DNA of 54,335 bases from Nemertoderma westbladi (lineage: Eukaryota > Animalia > Xenacoelomorpha), in NCBI GenBank assembly GCA_032718475.1, contig JAUCBJ010003881.1, forward strand, positions 1 through 54,335. The letters run 5' to 3'. The number at the start of each line of letters is the position of its first letter. The first letter of the stretch is position 1. The notes below the pieces were generated by a model that had not been told where the DNA came from, did no database searches, and was given only the letters and a program-made list of their open reading frames with translations. Both the position numbers and the translations under genes were made by a program. Shown here one piece after another: positions 1 to 11,400 of the stretch.

Positions 1-1169
1 TATATCGAAAACTCAACTTTAAGAGGAGCCACAAGTATGGTTGGTGACAGCCGTTTAATTTGTTGTTCCATTTCTATAGCAACACTCTGACATCAAGTTA
101 CAATTGGGGGAGAGGGGGGGGTCCGGTATTGCTGTATATATATATATTACATCAGTATTTTTCATTTATAATAATTATTATTCTCTGTAATTACTTTTTT
201 TATTCAACGTGCGAAATCGTCAAAATGTGTGGATTGATACCGATAGCGCCCAGTTCCGAAGTAAATTCGAGATGGATTTTATTTGACAGTAAATTGCCCT
301 AACTTTAGTTAATTAGCCTAATGAAAGAACAACACTGACATCGGGTATTTTGAATATTAACTTGTTACATTTGGCGGTTATTTATTAATGCAAAATGTGA
401 CTGACGGAAAATCGAATTACGTAAAACCGATCACTTTCACTACAGAAAATGTATACAAGCCAAGTATTACAATACCTTATTGGGTATATAGAGTTAATCC
501 ATAATCATAATCCATGGGCATTAATTATCATAACAAATTGCTTTTGGTATGTATGTTTGTAGTCTGGGAGTACTGTAGTCTCAGTGCTCGGTAATAGCTC
601 ACGAATTCAATACAATCGCGCAAAATAAGTAATAAGTCGAATCCGTTCTTATTCTTGTAAATATTGTTTCAATTTAAACCGCGATTTAACAAATCCCTTT
701 AGGAATCTATTTCAAGGCGCATTCAAAATTTTATAAAAATAGTTAGAGCGGTTTTTGCTGTGGGTCAGTAGTCAGTAGCTTTTTTCTCAGACTTTATAAT
801 AGGTCACTGTCACTTTAAAGCGGCAAAAAGCGCAACTTTTATACTTGTGGATAGCTATTGAGCTAAAACTCAAATTTTCACCCAAAGTCTACTAATTTTC
901 ATGTAAAACATGATACTAAATTCCAAAGTCTACATAACTTGTTATATTTCGCAGTTGATTACTACAGTAATTCTCTGTCTGCGTTATAGTTGGAAAGTGT
1001 GAGTAGAACTATTTACATCATTGTGTGCAAAGTAGCACTTTGCAGAGTTATGACCCGAGTTTATTTATGTACCGAGCGACCGCAGCGAGGGAGGTTTACA
1101 TAAATAACCAAGGGTCAAAAATAAACAAGGTACTTGATGACCTTCCATCTAAGATCCTTTGCATTTAAA

Positions 1170-1445
1170 AAATAATTACATAAATTTTGTAAATTAGGCA
1201 AAAAATAATAATTACATAAATTTTGTAAATTAGGCAAAAAAAAATTTGTAAATTAGGCAAAAAAAAAATAATTACATAAATTTTGTAAATTAGGCAAAAA
1301 AAAATTACATAAATTTTGTAAATTAGGCAAAAAAAAAATAATTACATACATTTTGTAAATTAGGCAAAAAAAAAATTACATAAATTTTGTAAATTAGGCA
1401 AAAAAAAAATAATTACATAAATTTTGTAAATTAGGCAAAAAAATT
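1170..1445. repeat. AT-rich ~37-41 bp tandem repeat (aataattacataaattttgtaaattaggcaaaaaaa), ~7 copies
   Basis: Direct inspection; A-tract length varies; imperfect internal palindrome ttacataaattttgtaa. Confidence 0.9.
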
Positions 1446-1573
1446 AAAATTTAGATAATTTTTTATCCACTAATTGTATACCTACTAGCTAAGCGAATTG
1501 TTTGAAAAACATCAATTAATTTGGATAAAATGCTCCTAAATAATAAAAATAATAATAAAAATCTCCTAAATAA

Positions 1574-2098
1574 GGGGGCCATGCATAAATGACGTCACGT
1601 TTTTTAAAGACATTTTTGACCCCCCCCCCCCCCCCCCTTTCGTCACGAAATGGCGGTGGCGGAGTGGCGGCGCAATTTTGTCGACAAGCCGGCACAGCAT
1701 TCTTAAAAATGCAGCTGCAATGCAGCATGCCAATCCTAGTAGTAGTCGCAGGGGATTGATAATCAAAACGGGTTTTGGAACTACCGCTACCATGAAGGGA
1801 TGGAAGATTTTTAGTAAAAATGCAAAAAGATGACAAACACTAATTTTACCAATTATGGAAGGGCAGTAGAGGTCGTATCGTAATGTAAGATTTTAATGGT
1901 TATCATTGGAAGAGGTAATAGTTTAATAGTAAACACGTTAATAGTATACATGTTTAATAGTAATACAGTAATTTTATCGGAAACTTGTGTGACGTCACGA
2001 TATTGCGGACACCCCTCCTCCCACTCGTCACAAATCATCACGAAATACCAAACCCCCTCCCCCCCCTGTCCAGCGTGACGTCATTTATGGATGGCCCC
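1574..2098. mobile_element. MITE with GGGGCCATxCATAAATGACGTCACG terminal inverted repeats and TAA target duplication (PIF/Harbinger, Tourist-like)
   Basis: Left taa|gggggccatgcataaatgacgtcacg and right cgtgacgtcatttatggatggcccc|taa. Confidence 0.75.
1664..1746 (+). mobile_element. Extremely 5'-truncated RTE 3' end (same family as the 46310-47498 copy), nested in the MITE
   Basis: Near-identical to 47416-47499 (gcaattttgtcga.aagccggcacagcattctt...tgcagctgcaatgcagcatgcc.atcc) and ends in a (TAG)n tail. Confidence 0.85.
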
Positions 2099-2205
2099 TA
2101 AGGGGATGAAAATTTATATTCAATAAATGACCCCCCCCCCCCCCCCCCCCCCCCAAGCAATAATACAGAATAAACATTGAAGGAAAGATAAATTGGGGAA
2201 CTCAC

Positions 2206-2418
2206 CTTAAGGAAATCGACAAAGTCGTCGTATTTCTTTAGTTTTTCCGAATAAGCCAGAGCGTTCGAGTAGTTGAGACAGTAGCGTTGGTAAGCTGGGC
2301 AGACTTTAGCGGAAAACTTACTGAAAACATTGGCGATGCGTTGAGAACTTCCAAATTCTTCGGGTTTAACGTTCCGAAACATGTTGTGGAACATATCCGT
2401 GCACATAGAAGAGCTAAT
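2206..2418 (-). CDS. PLEKHG7: RhoGEF DH-domain exon (ISSSMCTDMF...YQRYCLNYSNALAYSEKLKKYDDFVDFLK)
   Basis: ttgcag| acceptor and AAG|gtgagt donor; 213 nt, phase 0/0; conserved DH motif YxxYCLNY. Confidence 0.92.
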
Positions 2419-5400
2419 CTGCAACCATTTAATGGATATTAAATAATTTAGTTTTTGGCATAAAACATTAATTATTTTAAATATTCTAACCTTTATCACC
2501 AACCCAATTAGTAAAGGCGTTTGAAACCCGACTATATAAGTATCATATATTTAACGTCTTATCTTTTAAACTTCACGGTTTCATTCAATACGGTAAGCCC
2601 TACTGTATAATGTGTTTTTCATAATAATAATTAAATAAACAATTGTATAGCGCCAACGTTACGGTATACAGTAGTATTCTGTGGCGCTAAGCAATCTCTG
2701 CGGAGCACAGTAGAGAAATTAGCTAAAATATGTTAAAATATACTGTACAGTATATAACCAATTAATTCTTCATATTTTTCATATATTTTTCACTTCCCGT
2801 TAATTTACATAACTTTAATGATCTGGGTTTAATTACCAATAAATTAATTATTAATTAAAATTACAACCAATTCTTCTTACTAATATTAATAATTCACTCA
2901 CTTGACACAATTCATCTAAATTGGCAAATAATTTTAGGGGTTCCATGTTAAGAAGAAATCCTTCGCATTGCACCATCTTGAGGGGCTCAAGGAACACCTG
3001 AAATACAGAAGATACATTTACGATAATGGCACTAGATGGCGCAAGTAATACAATTACTTCTATATTCCGTGTCTTTTGTAGGTTTTAATCAGCTGGTATT
3101 TGCGTCGAAATTTTCCCGTTGTATAGATATACTAGCAGGCAATACCCGAGGCATGTTACCCGGTATTTCCCGCTACCGGCATAGGCCTACTGGCGTACTG
3201 GTACCGGTATAGGCCTACTGACGTACCGGTACTTAGTACCGGTACCGAACGTGAATTAAACTTTACGAAAAGTGGCCTATAACGACCGCTGGTTAAAGTT
3301 ATACACACATGCCAAGTTCCCATTTACCACCGGGTTCACTTACATTCTTTAGTACCATTAAGTGATCGAGAAGGTAGTTTAGCTCGCTAGTAAAGATTTC
3401 CCAGGCGCATTCCCGTCGCTTAGATTCCAGTTCATCGCAACAGGAAGATGGACTACCGGGGGCGTCCAGACGACTCAACAAGTCATTCCAACGTTGACTC
3501 TAAATAAATAGTTAATATATAAACTGAAACTGGAGTTAAAGGTTAACAGCTAAACATTTCTTCGGCATGCTTTTAACATCATAAACTCGCAAAAATGCTT
3601 TCAGTGACTTGATGCCGCCAAGTCCAGTGAAGTTACACTCCAGAGTTCCATATAAGATAAGATACAAAACCAATGTGGCTCTAAAGCAAAATCATATCCT
3701 TATGGGAATAAACAACCCTTGAACAAATATGGTTGCATAACAGATAGTACTCACCTTACTGCTTTATTCCAACTGTCACCAAATAAGCATTTTGCGGCAA
3801 TACACAATAGTGTTGCCTTTATCATCATTTCTGTGGTACTATAATATGAATTATTTACTCAACTAACTCTTCAGTTAGAGGCAATTTATTACTTGGGAAT
3901 ACTCACTAGCTCATAATTATTAATTGAAAAACGTATTAGTGTAGTGCCTAATGGACTAGTAGGAAAGGAAAATAATTTAAATCACTGTGCTGGCTACAGT
4001 CGGAAGGGTACGCAGCAAACTTCGCCCGCGTCCAATCTTCGCCCGGAGCAATCTTCGCCCTCAAAATGTGCAACTATCGCCCGTCGGATACCTTCGCCCG
4101 TGAGCAACCTTCGCTCAATAAACAATTATTGTTTTGGTTAGAAAAAGCCGTCTCTGTAACCTGCTCCTTTCCCTCAATTAGTAACACCATCGTTTATTAT
4201 TTTGGTTAGAAAAATCCGTCTCTGTAACATGCTCCTTTCCCTCAATTAGTAACACCATCGTTTATTGTTTTGGTTAGAAAAATCCGTCTCTGTAACCTGC
4301 TCCTTTCCCTCAATTTGTTACTAAATGGTTACTAACACAAATCTTATTGGGCGAAGGTTGCTCGCGGGCGAAGATTGCCTTGCGGGCAAAGGTTTCCCCG
4401 GGCGATGGTTGCACGCGGGCAAGGGTTGGGCACGGACGAAGGATGTACACGGGCGAAGATTGCGCCCAACCGTTGGAAGGTGGCGAAAATTTTAATTAAA
4501 TCCCTGAATACAATAATGGGAGTCTAAATATAATTATAATTACTACAGAAATGAGTAGATTAATTAACACGAGCGGCAATACCTTTTAGTGCTTAGCGAG
4601 GTGTTCGTTGTTGGAGTTTATCAAGCTGATGTGTTGCGTAGCTTAGACTTAGGTTGGTATAACCAAAACAAAAAAACAATAATATATGATAAAGCAAACT
4701 CGGGTACACGTAGCCATTGATGAATTCATTGATAAATAGCTCTCACAAATCATTCAAACTGCCTCCAAATGATGACGTTTCCTATCCCATGTAGGTTCCA
4801 CATAAACAATTGTTGCAAGAACCCTCGTCGTTTGAGGCAAGGACTGACGGTGCATATATAATTCACGTGCTGCCTTCTCCTAATTCACGACTTACCTACT
4901 AATATATGCGTCCAACTGTTGACACTTTGAAAGCTCATTAAATATATCAAGTTTCCCAATTACAAAAAGAATTTCGAGTTTGTCGAGGACTTAGAGCTTT
5001 TCTTAAGGATTTTGATACATCCAAATTAAAAAAAAAAGTTTGACTCGGAGGCAGTGCGGACACAATCCGGAATCGATGTCTATCCCTGGGATATTTTATC
5101 GCAATAACAATGTGGCATGCCGTGCACCCTTCTCAACCCGCCGCAGGATAGAAGCTGGCAACCTGCTTAGAGGCAACGTAATTTCTCGATAATTACCAAG
5201 TATATTTTGCTCGCGGCAAGTGGGACATGAAAGGGGATATTTTCTTCTGCGAGAGTTTGCGTCCTGATTAGGACAGGAACCGATAAGACCAGCTGGTCGG
5301 CAAAACGATCGTCACTGGAATTAATCAGTGAATCTGAATTTTGCCAGAGATTCCTTGCGATGGAACAAAGGATCCGGGCGTTAAGGGATTACACAATGTA

Positions 5401-8400
5401 ATCAATAGATGCAAAACCTCAAATATATATCACCGATATGAGTCTCGCGCGAGGGATACAGATATTAAGCTGTATTCATTATAGTATTCCGTCGTGAGTT
5501 GATAGTATATGGATTATTTTGTGTAGCACACACTGGTTGTGGTGGTACGAACGACGCCGATAGGCACCAAGTAATACCGTTCGTTGTTCCCAGTAGTACA
5601 CGCCATGCACTCATGGAATGCATCTGCTAGATGAAGTGTAGTAGTGATACAAGGAATCTATCTCGGTTTGCTAATCCCCCCGCTGTAATACGGGTTGTTA
5701 TTATTTAAAAGAAGCCCCAGAAAAATTTGTGCATCAAAGCGTAATGTACAGCGCAAAACCTGTGCAGGTTGAATTCAAGTAGATTCCAATTTCTTACTTC
5801 CACGCTACATATAACTGGCGTTGAGTTTCTTCAAAATGACTTTTAGAACGATATATATTATATATCCATTTATTAATCAACAACTAATGAAAATATGTAA
5901 TCATCCCAACACCAGCTTGTAACGTGAAATAGTTACAAATATAGACCACAAAGCCTTTTTCTGAAGTCATGGTCCTTCCCCTGTTATATTTTTACAAATC
6001 TTCACCACATTGCTTGAAATTTGAAACACAACCAGTACAACTCAGTGTCGATGTCCACATTAAATTTTCAGAATATTAGATTTTGCCATTTAATTTTTAA
6101 TGAGCGTTTTAAAAAAAAGTATCGCGGCCATTCTTCACATTAGTTGTTGATTACATCATTAGAAAGCTTGCGTTCCAAACTTCGTCGAGATACAGTTAGC
6201 GTTCAAAAATTGCTAGAATTATAGTTAGATCTGGAGGCCATATATTATATTTAATAAATACACAAATGTTCTGGAACATTTTGTTGGTATGAATAGCTAC
6301 GCAATATAGATATTGCTAGATATACTAACAGTTGTTGCCCACCTACTCATATACCGAGACCAAAATATTGATTGGGCGAAGGGATGAGGGAGGGGGTCTC
6401 GTATGCGTGTTGGGTGGTATTCATTCGGCGGAGTTTATTCGGTATATGGCAAGAGGGTTCTTTATTGGTCGTGTCATACTTACTCGGTATATGGCAAGAG
6501 GGTTCTTTATTGGTAGTGTCATACTTATTCGGTATATGGCAAGAGGGTTCTTTATTGGTCGTGTCATACTTACTCGGTATATGGCAAGAGGGTTCTTTAT
6601 TGGTAGTGTCATACTTATTCGGTATATGACAAGAGGGTTCTTTATTGGTAGTGTCATACTTACTCGGTATATGACAAGAGGGTTCTTTATTGGTAGTGTC
6701 TTACTTACTCGGTATATGGCAAGAGGGTTCTTTATTGGTCGTGTCATACTTACTCGGTATATGGCAAGAGGGTTCTTTATTGGTAGTGTCATACTTACTC
6801 GGTATATGGCAAGAGGGTTCTTTATTGGTAGTGTCATACTTACTCGGTATATGGCAAGAGGGTTCTTTATTGGTCGTGTAATACTTACTCGGTATATGGC
6901 AAGATGGTTCTTTATTGGTAGTGTCATACTTATTCGGTATATGGCAAGAGGGTTCTTTATTGGTAGTGTCATACTTACTCGGTATATGGCAAGAGGGTTC
7001 TTTATTGGTATTTACTAACTCTATTTACACCATACTTACTCGGTATATCTCTGAGGTTACTTGTAAGAGAGAAGATCTTAAGATAGCCTACAAAGTTAAA
7101 ACCGAACAACCAACAACCGAAAACATTAACAAGGTTGAGAAAGCTAAGGACGATCTTAAATTGGCCTACAACATCAGCCAGGAAAAGTACATACAGGATA
7201 AAACTGAAGCAATTACAACTGCTCACATACAGCAACAATCAAGACTTACCTGGCAAACTGTAAATGAGGTATCTGGTCTTCACACCTGAGGGGACTTCAC
7301 ACCTGCCGAACTCCAAAGAAGCATTAAAAGCATGTCCAATAATAAAGCGAGTGGATTAGATGAAATCCCAGCGGAGGTATGGAAAACCGGAGTGCTAAAT
7401 AGACCATTATTGAATGTTTGCAACCGGATGTTAAAAGGGGAAAAGCCACCACAAATTTGGACTAAAGGTCAACTAAAGCCTCTCCCCAAGAAAGGAGACC
7501 TCGGCATACCAACAAACTATCGTGGGATCTGTCTGCTTGTGGTAGCTGCCAAAATATACAATAAAATGATTCTATATAGGATTAGGCCTCACATAGAGAA
7601 ACTACTGCATAAGAGCCAAAACGGATTTCGACCAAGTAGATCAACAATAGCTCAGATACTTGCACTACGGAGACTGATTGAAGGAATCAAGTCAAAGAAT
7701 CTTCCCGCAGTCATGACTTTTGTGGACTTCAAGAAGGCATTCGACTCCATCCATAGAGGTAAAATGCTTGAAATCCTAAGAGCTTATGGAATACCAGAAG
7801 TAATTGTTGCTGGCATTGGATTGCTATATTGTGACACAGAAGCGCAGGTACTCTCACCAGATGGTGAAACTGAGTTTTTCTCAATCCTGGCTGGCGTACT
7901 GCAAGGTGACACATTAGCACCATTACTATTTGTAATTGTGCTGGATTACGCAATGAGGACGGCCACAAAGGGTGAAGATCTGGGATTCACACTTCAAGAA
8001 CGCAGAAGTAGTAGATATCCGGCAACTACAGTCACAGACACCGACTTTGCGGATGACATCGCCCTGCTCTCTAATACGCTAGCAGATGCACAGCTTCTAC
8101 TAAATAAAGTGGAGAGGGCTGCTAAGGAGGTTGGATTGCATATAAATGCTACCAAGACCGAATTCATGACCTTTAGGGTCGTTCTCACAAAAAGTGGCCA
8201 AACTTTTATGTCAAAATGTCCATGCATTCGCACGGTTATATTTCCAAACGACACAGATTTAACCCCATGAACCTATATACCAATCGGAAGAGCGGAAATC
8301 TGCTCATATTACAGCAAATTTTCAACAGATTCCATTCACAACCTAGAGAATGACACCATTTCAAATATCGAAAATGCATGTTTTTTGAAATGTCACATTG

Positions 8401-11400
8401 AATTATTTTTAAGTATTTGGCTTCTGAGCTAAAGCAATGAAAGCAAAGGTTCCACATACCATACATCAAAATAAAGCAAATTTAATGCTCTTTCACATAC
8501 TATTGGTGGTTTTCAACCGAAGCTACTCACATTTTATATATTTACTATTTACTAACAATTAATTACGCCGTCACTAGGATTTTGTCCACCATGTAACGCT
8601 CGTTTTTATGACATGTTTTTTTTATATTTATTCACAACATCTCCAAGTGAGATATTTCTAAACGGCGATTTATTTAGCTATCAGCAGGTAAAAAAATTAT
8701 AAGAATTCGTTCATTAGAACTCGAGCGTTGTGCGAAAACGTAAATCTACATAAAATACCGTCATTAGGAATGTCCTCAATGTAACGCTACTTTGAATAGC
8801 AATAACTTTTGCTTTACTAATCACATCGACACCATTGAGGGCTCATATGAAAGAGCAATCGCAGATCTATCGAATCACATATTTGATTTTAATATAGTTT
8901 CAAAACAGACTATAGTCAACGCCATGCTAATGAAAAATGTCTTCAATGTCCATCATGTAACGCATGTAACGCTGTCACAATCAATAGCGTTACACTTGAG
9001 ACATGTCCATCATGTAACGTAGTTGGGCCTGAACATACCTAGCAGTACGAGTGGCGTTTCTTTTTACAAATTAGGCAGTCAGGGTCAAATTAACAATAGT
9101 CGATGGTTTCTGGTTTTCAGTATTTAGTATAAACTACTGTAGTAGTCTCATGAGTTTGTTTACGTTTCTTTATTTCGGTTCTAAAACAGTACTTCTTAAT
9201 CGTCATGCAATTACAATTGTCAAACGGAATTAAGCGTGTTGTGTCCGGTAAGAACTTCTCGATTGAATTTATAGTGATGGCGTTACACGTGAAGGACATA
9301 GAGATTAAGTTAGTGATGGCGTTACACGTGAAGGACTTAGAGATTAAGTTAGTGATGGCGTTACACGTGAAGGACTTAGAGATTAAGTTAGTGATGGCGT
9401 TACACGTGAAGGACTTAGTTACACGTGAAGGACTTAGAGAATACTTTAGTGATGGTTCTAAGGATTCCGTTAACTATTTTGTACAATTATTGTTACAATA
9501 GTATGTATATTCATATTGTATGTATACAATAATACAAACTAAATAATTTGCTGATTTGAAAAATATTATTTTCAGCCATTGGGTCGATAAATAAATCCGT
9601 AAAAAACCCGTATAAATATAAAATAAATCCGTACATGACATTAAAGTGACTGTTGAATTTCTGGTATATATTTTAAATGTCAAATCCTGGATACTGATTG
9701 GCTAACAAGTAGCGTTACATTCGAGACAACGAGTTAGATTGTGGGCGTTTTGTGAAATGAAGGCTGCTGATTGGCTAACAAGTAGCGTTACACCAGGGAC
9801 AAAATGTTACATTGTGGACATTAGTTTTTCGCGAATAAAACCTTACGACTTTACTAAATAAACGGCCCACTAGTGTATTCGAAATCGCCTCATCGAGTGC
9901 TCTCGAAATATGTATATATTTATATGGTTTTGACAAAAAAAAATTTGACAATTTTTCTCTCAAAATTTTGGCCACTTTTTGTGAGAACAACCCTTTAATG
10001 TTGATGGAAACTTGACAACCATTGATAATAATCAACTAAGGCAGGTCGATGACTTCCAGTACCTTGGATCATGGATAGAGAGTAGCAAAAAGGACATAGA
10101 AGTTAGGAAAGCAAAGGCTTGGGTAGCTCTATCAAAAATGGATACCATCTGGAAATCAGATCTCTCCAGGCACCTGAAGACCAAGTTCTTTCGAGCCACA
10201 GTGGAAAGTGTATTTTTATACGGGGGTGAGACCTGGACACTGACTAAATCACTTGAACAACGAATTGATGGTTGCTACACAAGACTACTAAGGGCAGCCC
10301 TAAACATCAGCTGGAGACAACACATGACAAACGCCGAGCTTTATGGTACAATACCACCTGTATCAACCACCCTCCGTGAACGCAGATTAAGATTCAGTGG
10401 GCACTGCTGGCGAAGTAAAGACGAGGTCATACCAGATCTACTTCTCTGGCAACCAACTCATGGAAAGCGTAGTCGTGGACGACCTGCCATAACATATATA
10501 GATCAACTTGAAAGGGATACTGAACTTGGGAGAAACGAAATTGCGACAACTATGGAGAATCGGGAAGCCTGGAAGGATCTCATTTCCACTGTCCGAGCTC
10601 GCTCGACCTAGTAGTAGTAGTACTCGGTATATGACAAGAGGGTTCTTTATTGGTAGTGTCATACTTACTCGGTATATGACAAGAGGGTTCTTTATTGGTA
10701 GTGTCATACTTACTCGGTATATGGCAAGAGGGTTCTTTATTGGTAGTGTCATACTTATTCGGTATATGACAAGAGGGTTCTTTATTGGTAGTGTCATACT
10801 TACTCGGTATATGACAAGAGGGTTCTTTATTGGTAGTGTCATACTTACTCGGTATATGGCAAGAGGGTTCTTTATTGGTAGTGTCATACTTATTCGGTAT
10901 ATGACAAGAGGGTTCTTTATTGGTAGTGTCATACTTACTCGGTATATGACAAGAGGGTTCTTTATTGGTAGTGTCATACTTACTCGGTATATGGCAAGAG
11001 GGTTCTTTATTGGTAGTGTCATACTTACTCGGTATATGACAAGAGGGTTCTTTATTGGTAGTGTCATACTTACTCGGTATATGACAAGAGGGTTCTTTAT
11101 TGGTCGTGTCATACTTACTCGGTATATGACAAGAGGGTTCTTTATTGGTAGTGTCATACTTACTCGGTATATGGCAAGAGGGTTCTTTATTGGTAGTGTC
11201 ATACTTACTCGGTATATGACAAGAGGGTTCTTTATTGGTAGTGTCATACTTACTCGGTATATGACAAGAGGGTTCTTTATTGGTAGTGTCATACTTATTC
11301 GGTATATGGCAAGAGGGTTCTTTATTGGTAGTGTCATACTTAGTCGGTATATGGCAAGAGGGTTCTTTATTGGTAGTGTCATACTTACTCGATATATGGC

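Larger units (their letters stand above)
7049..10620 (+). mobile_element. RTE-clade non-LTR retrotransposon, 5'-truncated, internally deleted, interrupted by a DNA transposon
   Basis: RT motifs KASGLDEIP, NYRGICL, QNGFRP, FVDFKKAFDS, GVLQGDTLAP, TDFADD; then YLGS and RLRFSGHCWR after the insertion. (TAG)n tail; 12-bp TSD tactcggtatat at 7037-7048 and 10621-10632. Confidence 0.93.

Noticed and set aside
1-73. Possible next DH exon on the minus strand (..KRLSPTILVAPL..)
   Set aside because: Superficially like the DH LLxxPxQR motif, but the phase does not fit exon 2206, the QRLxRY is missing, and the ttaagaggagcc context looks like a transposon end.
816-960. Possible Kolobok-type MITE fragment starting ttaaag
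   Set aside because: Could not find the matching second TIR or a TSD.
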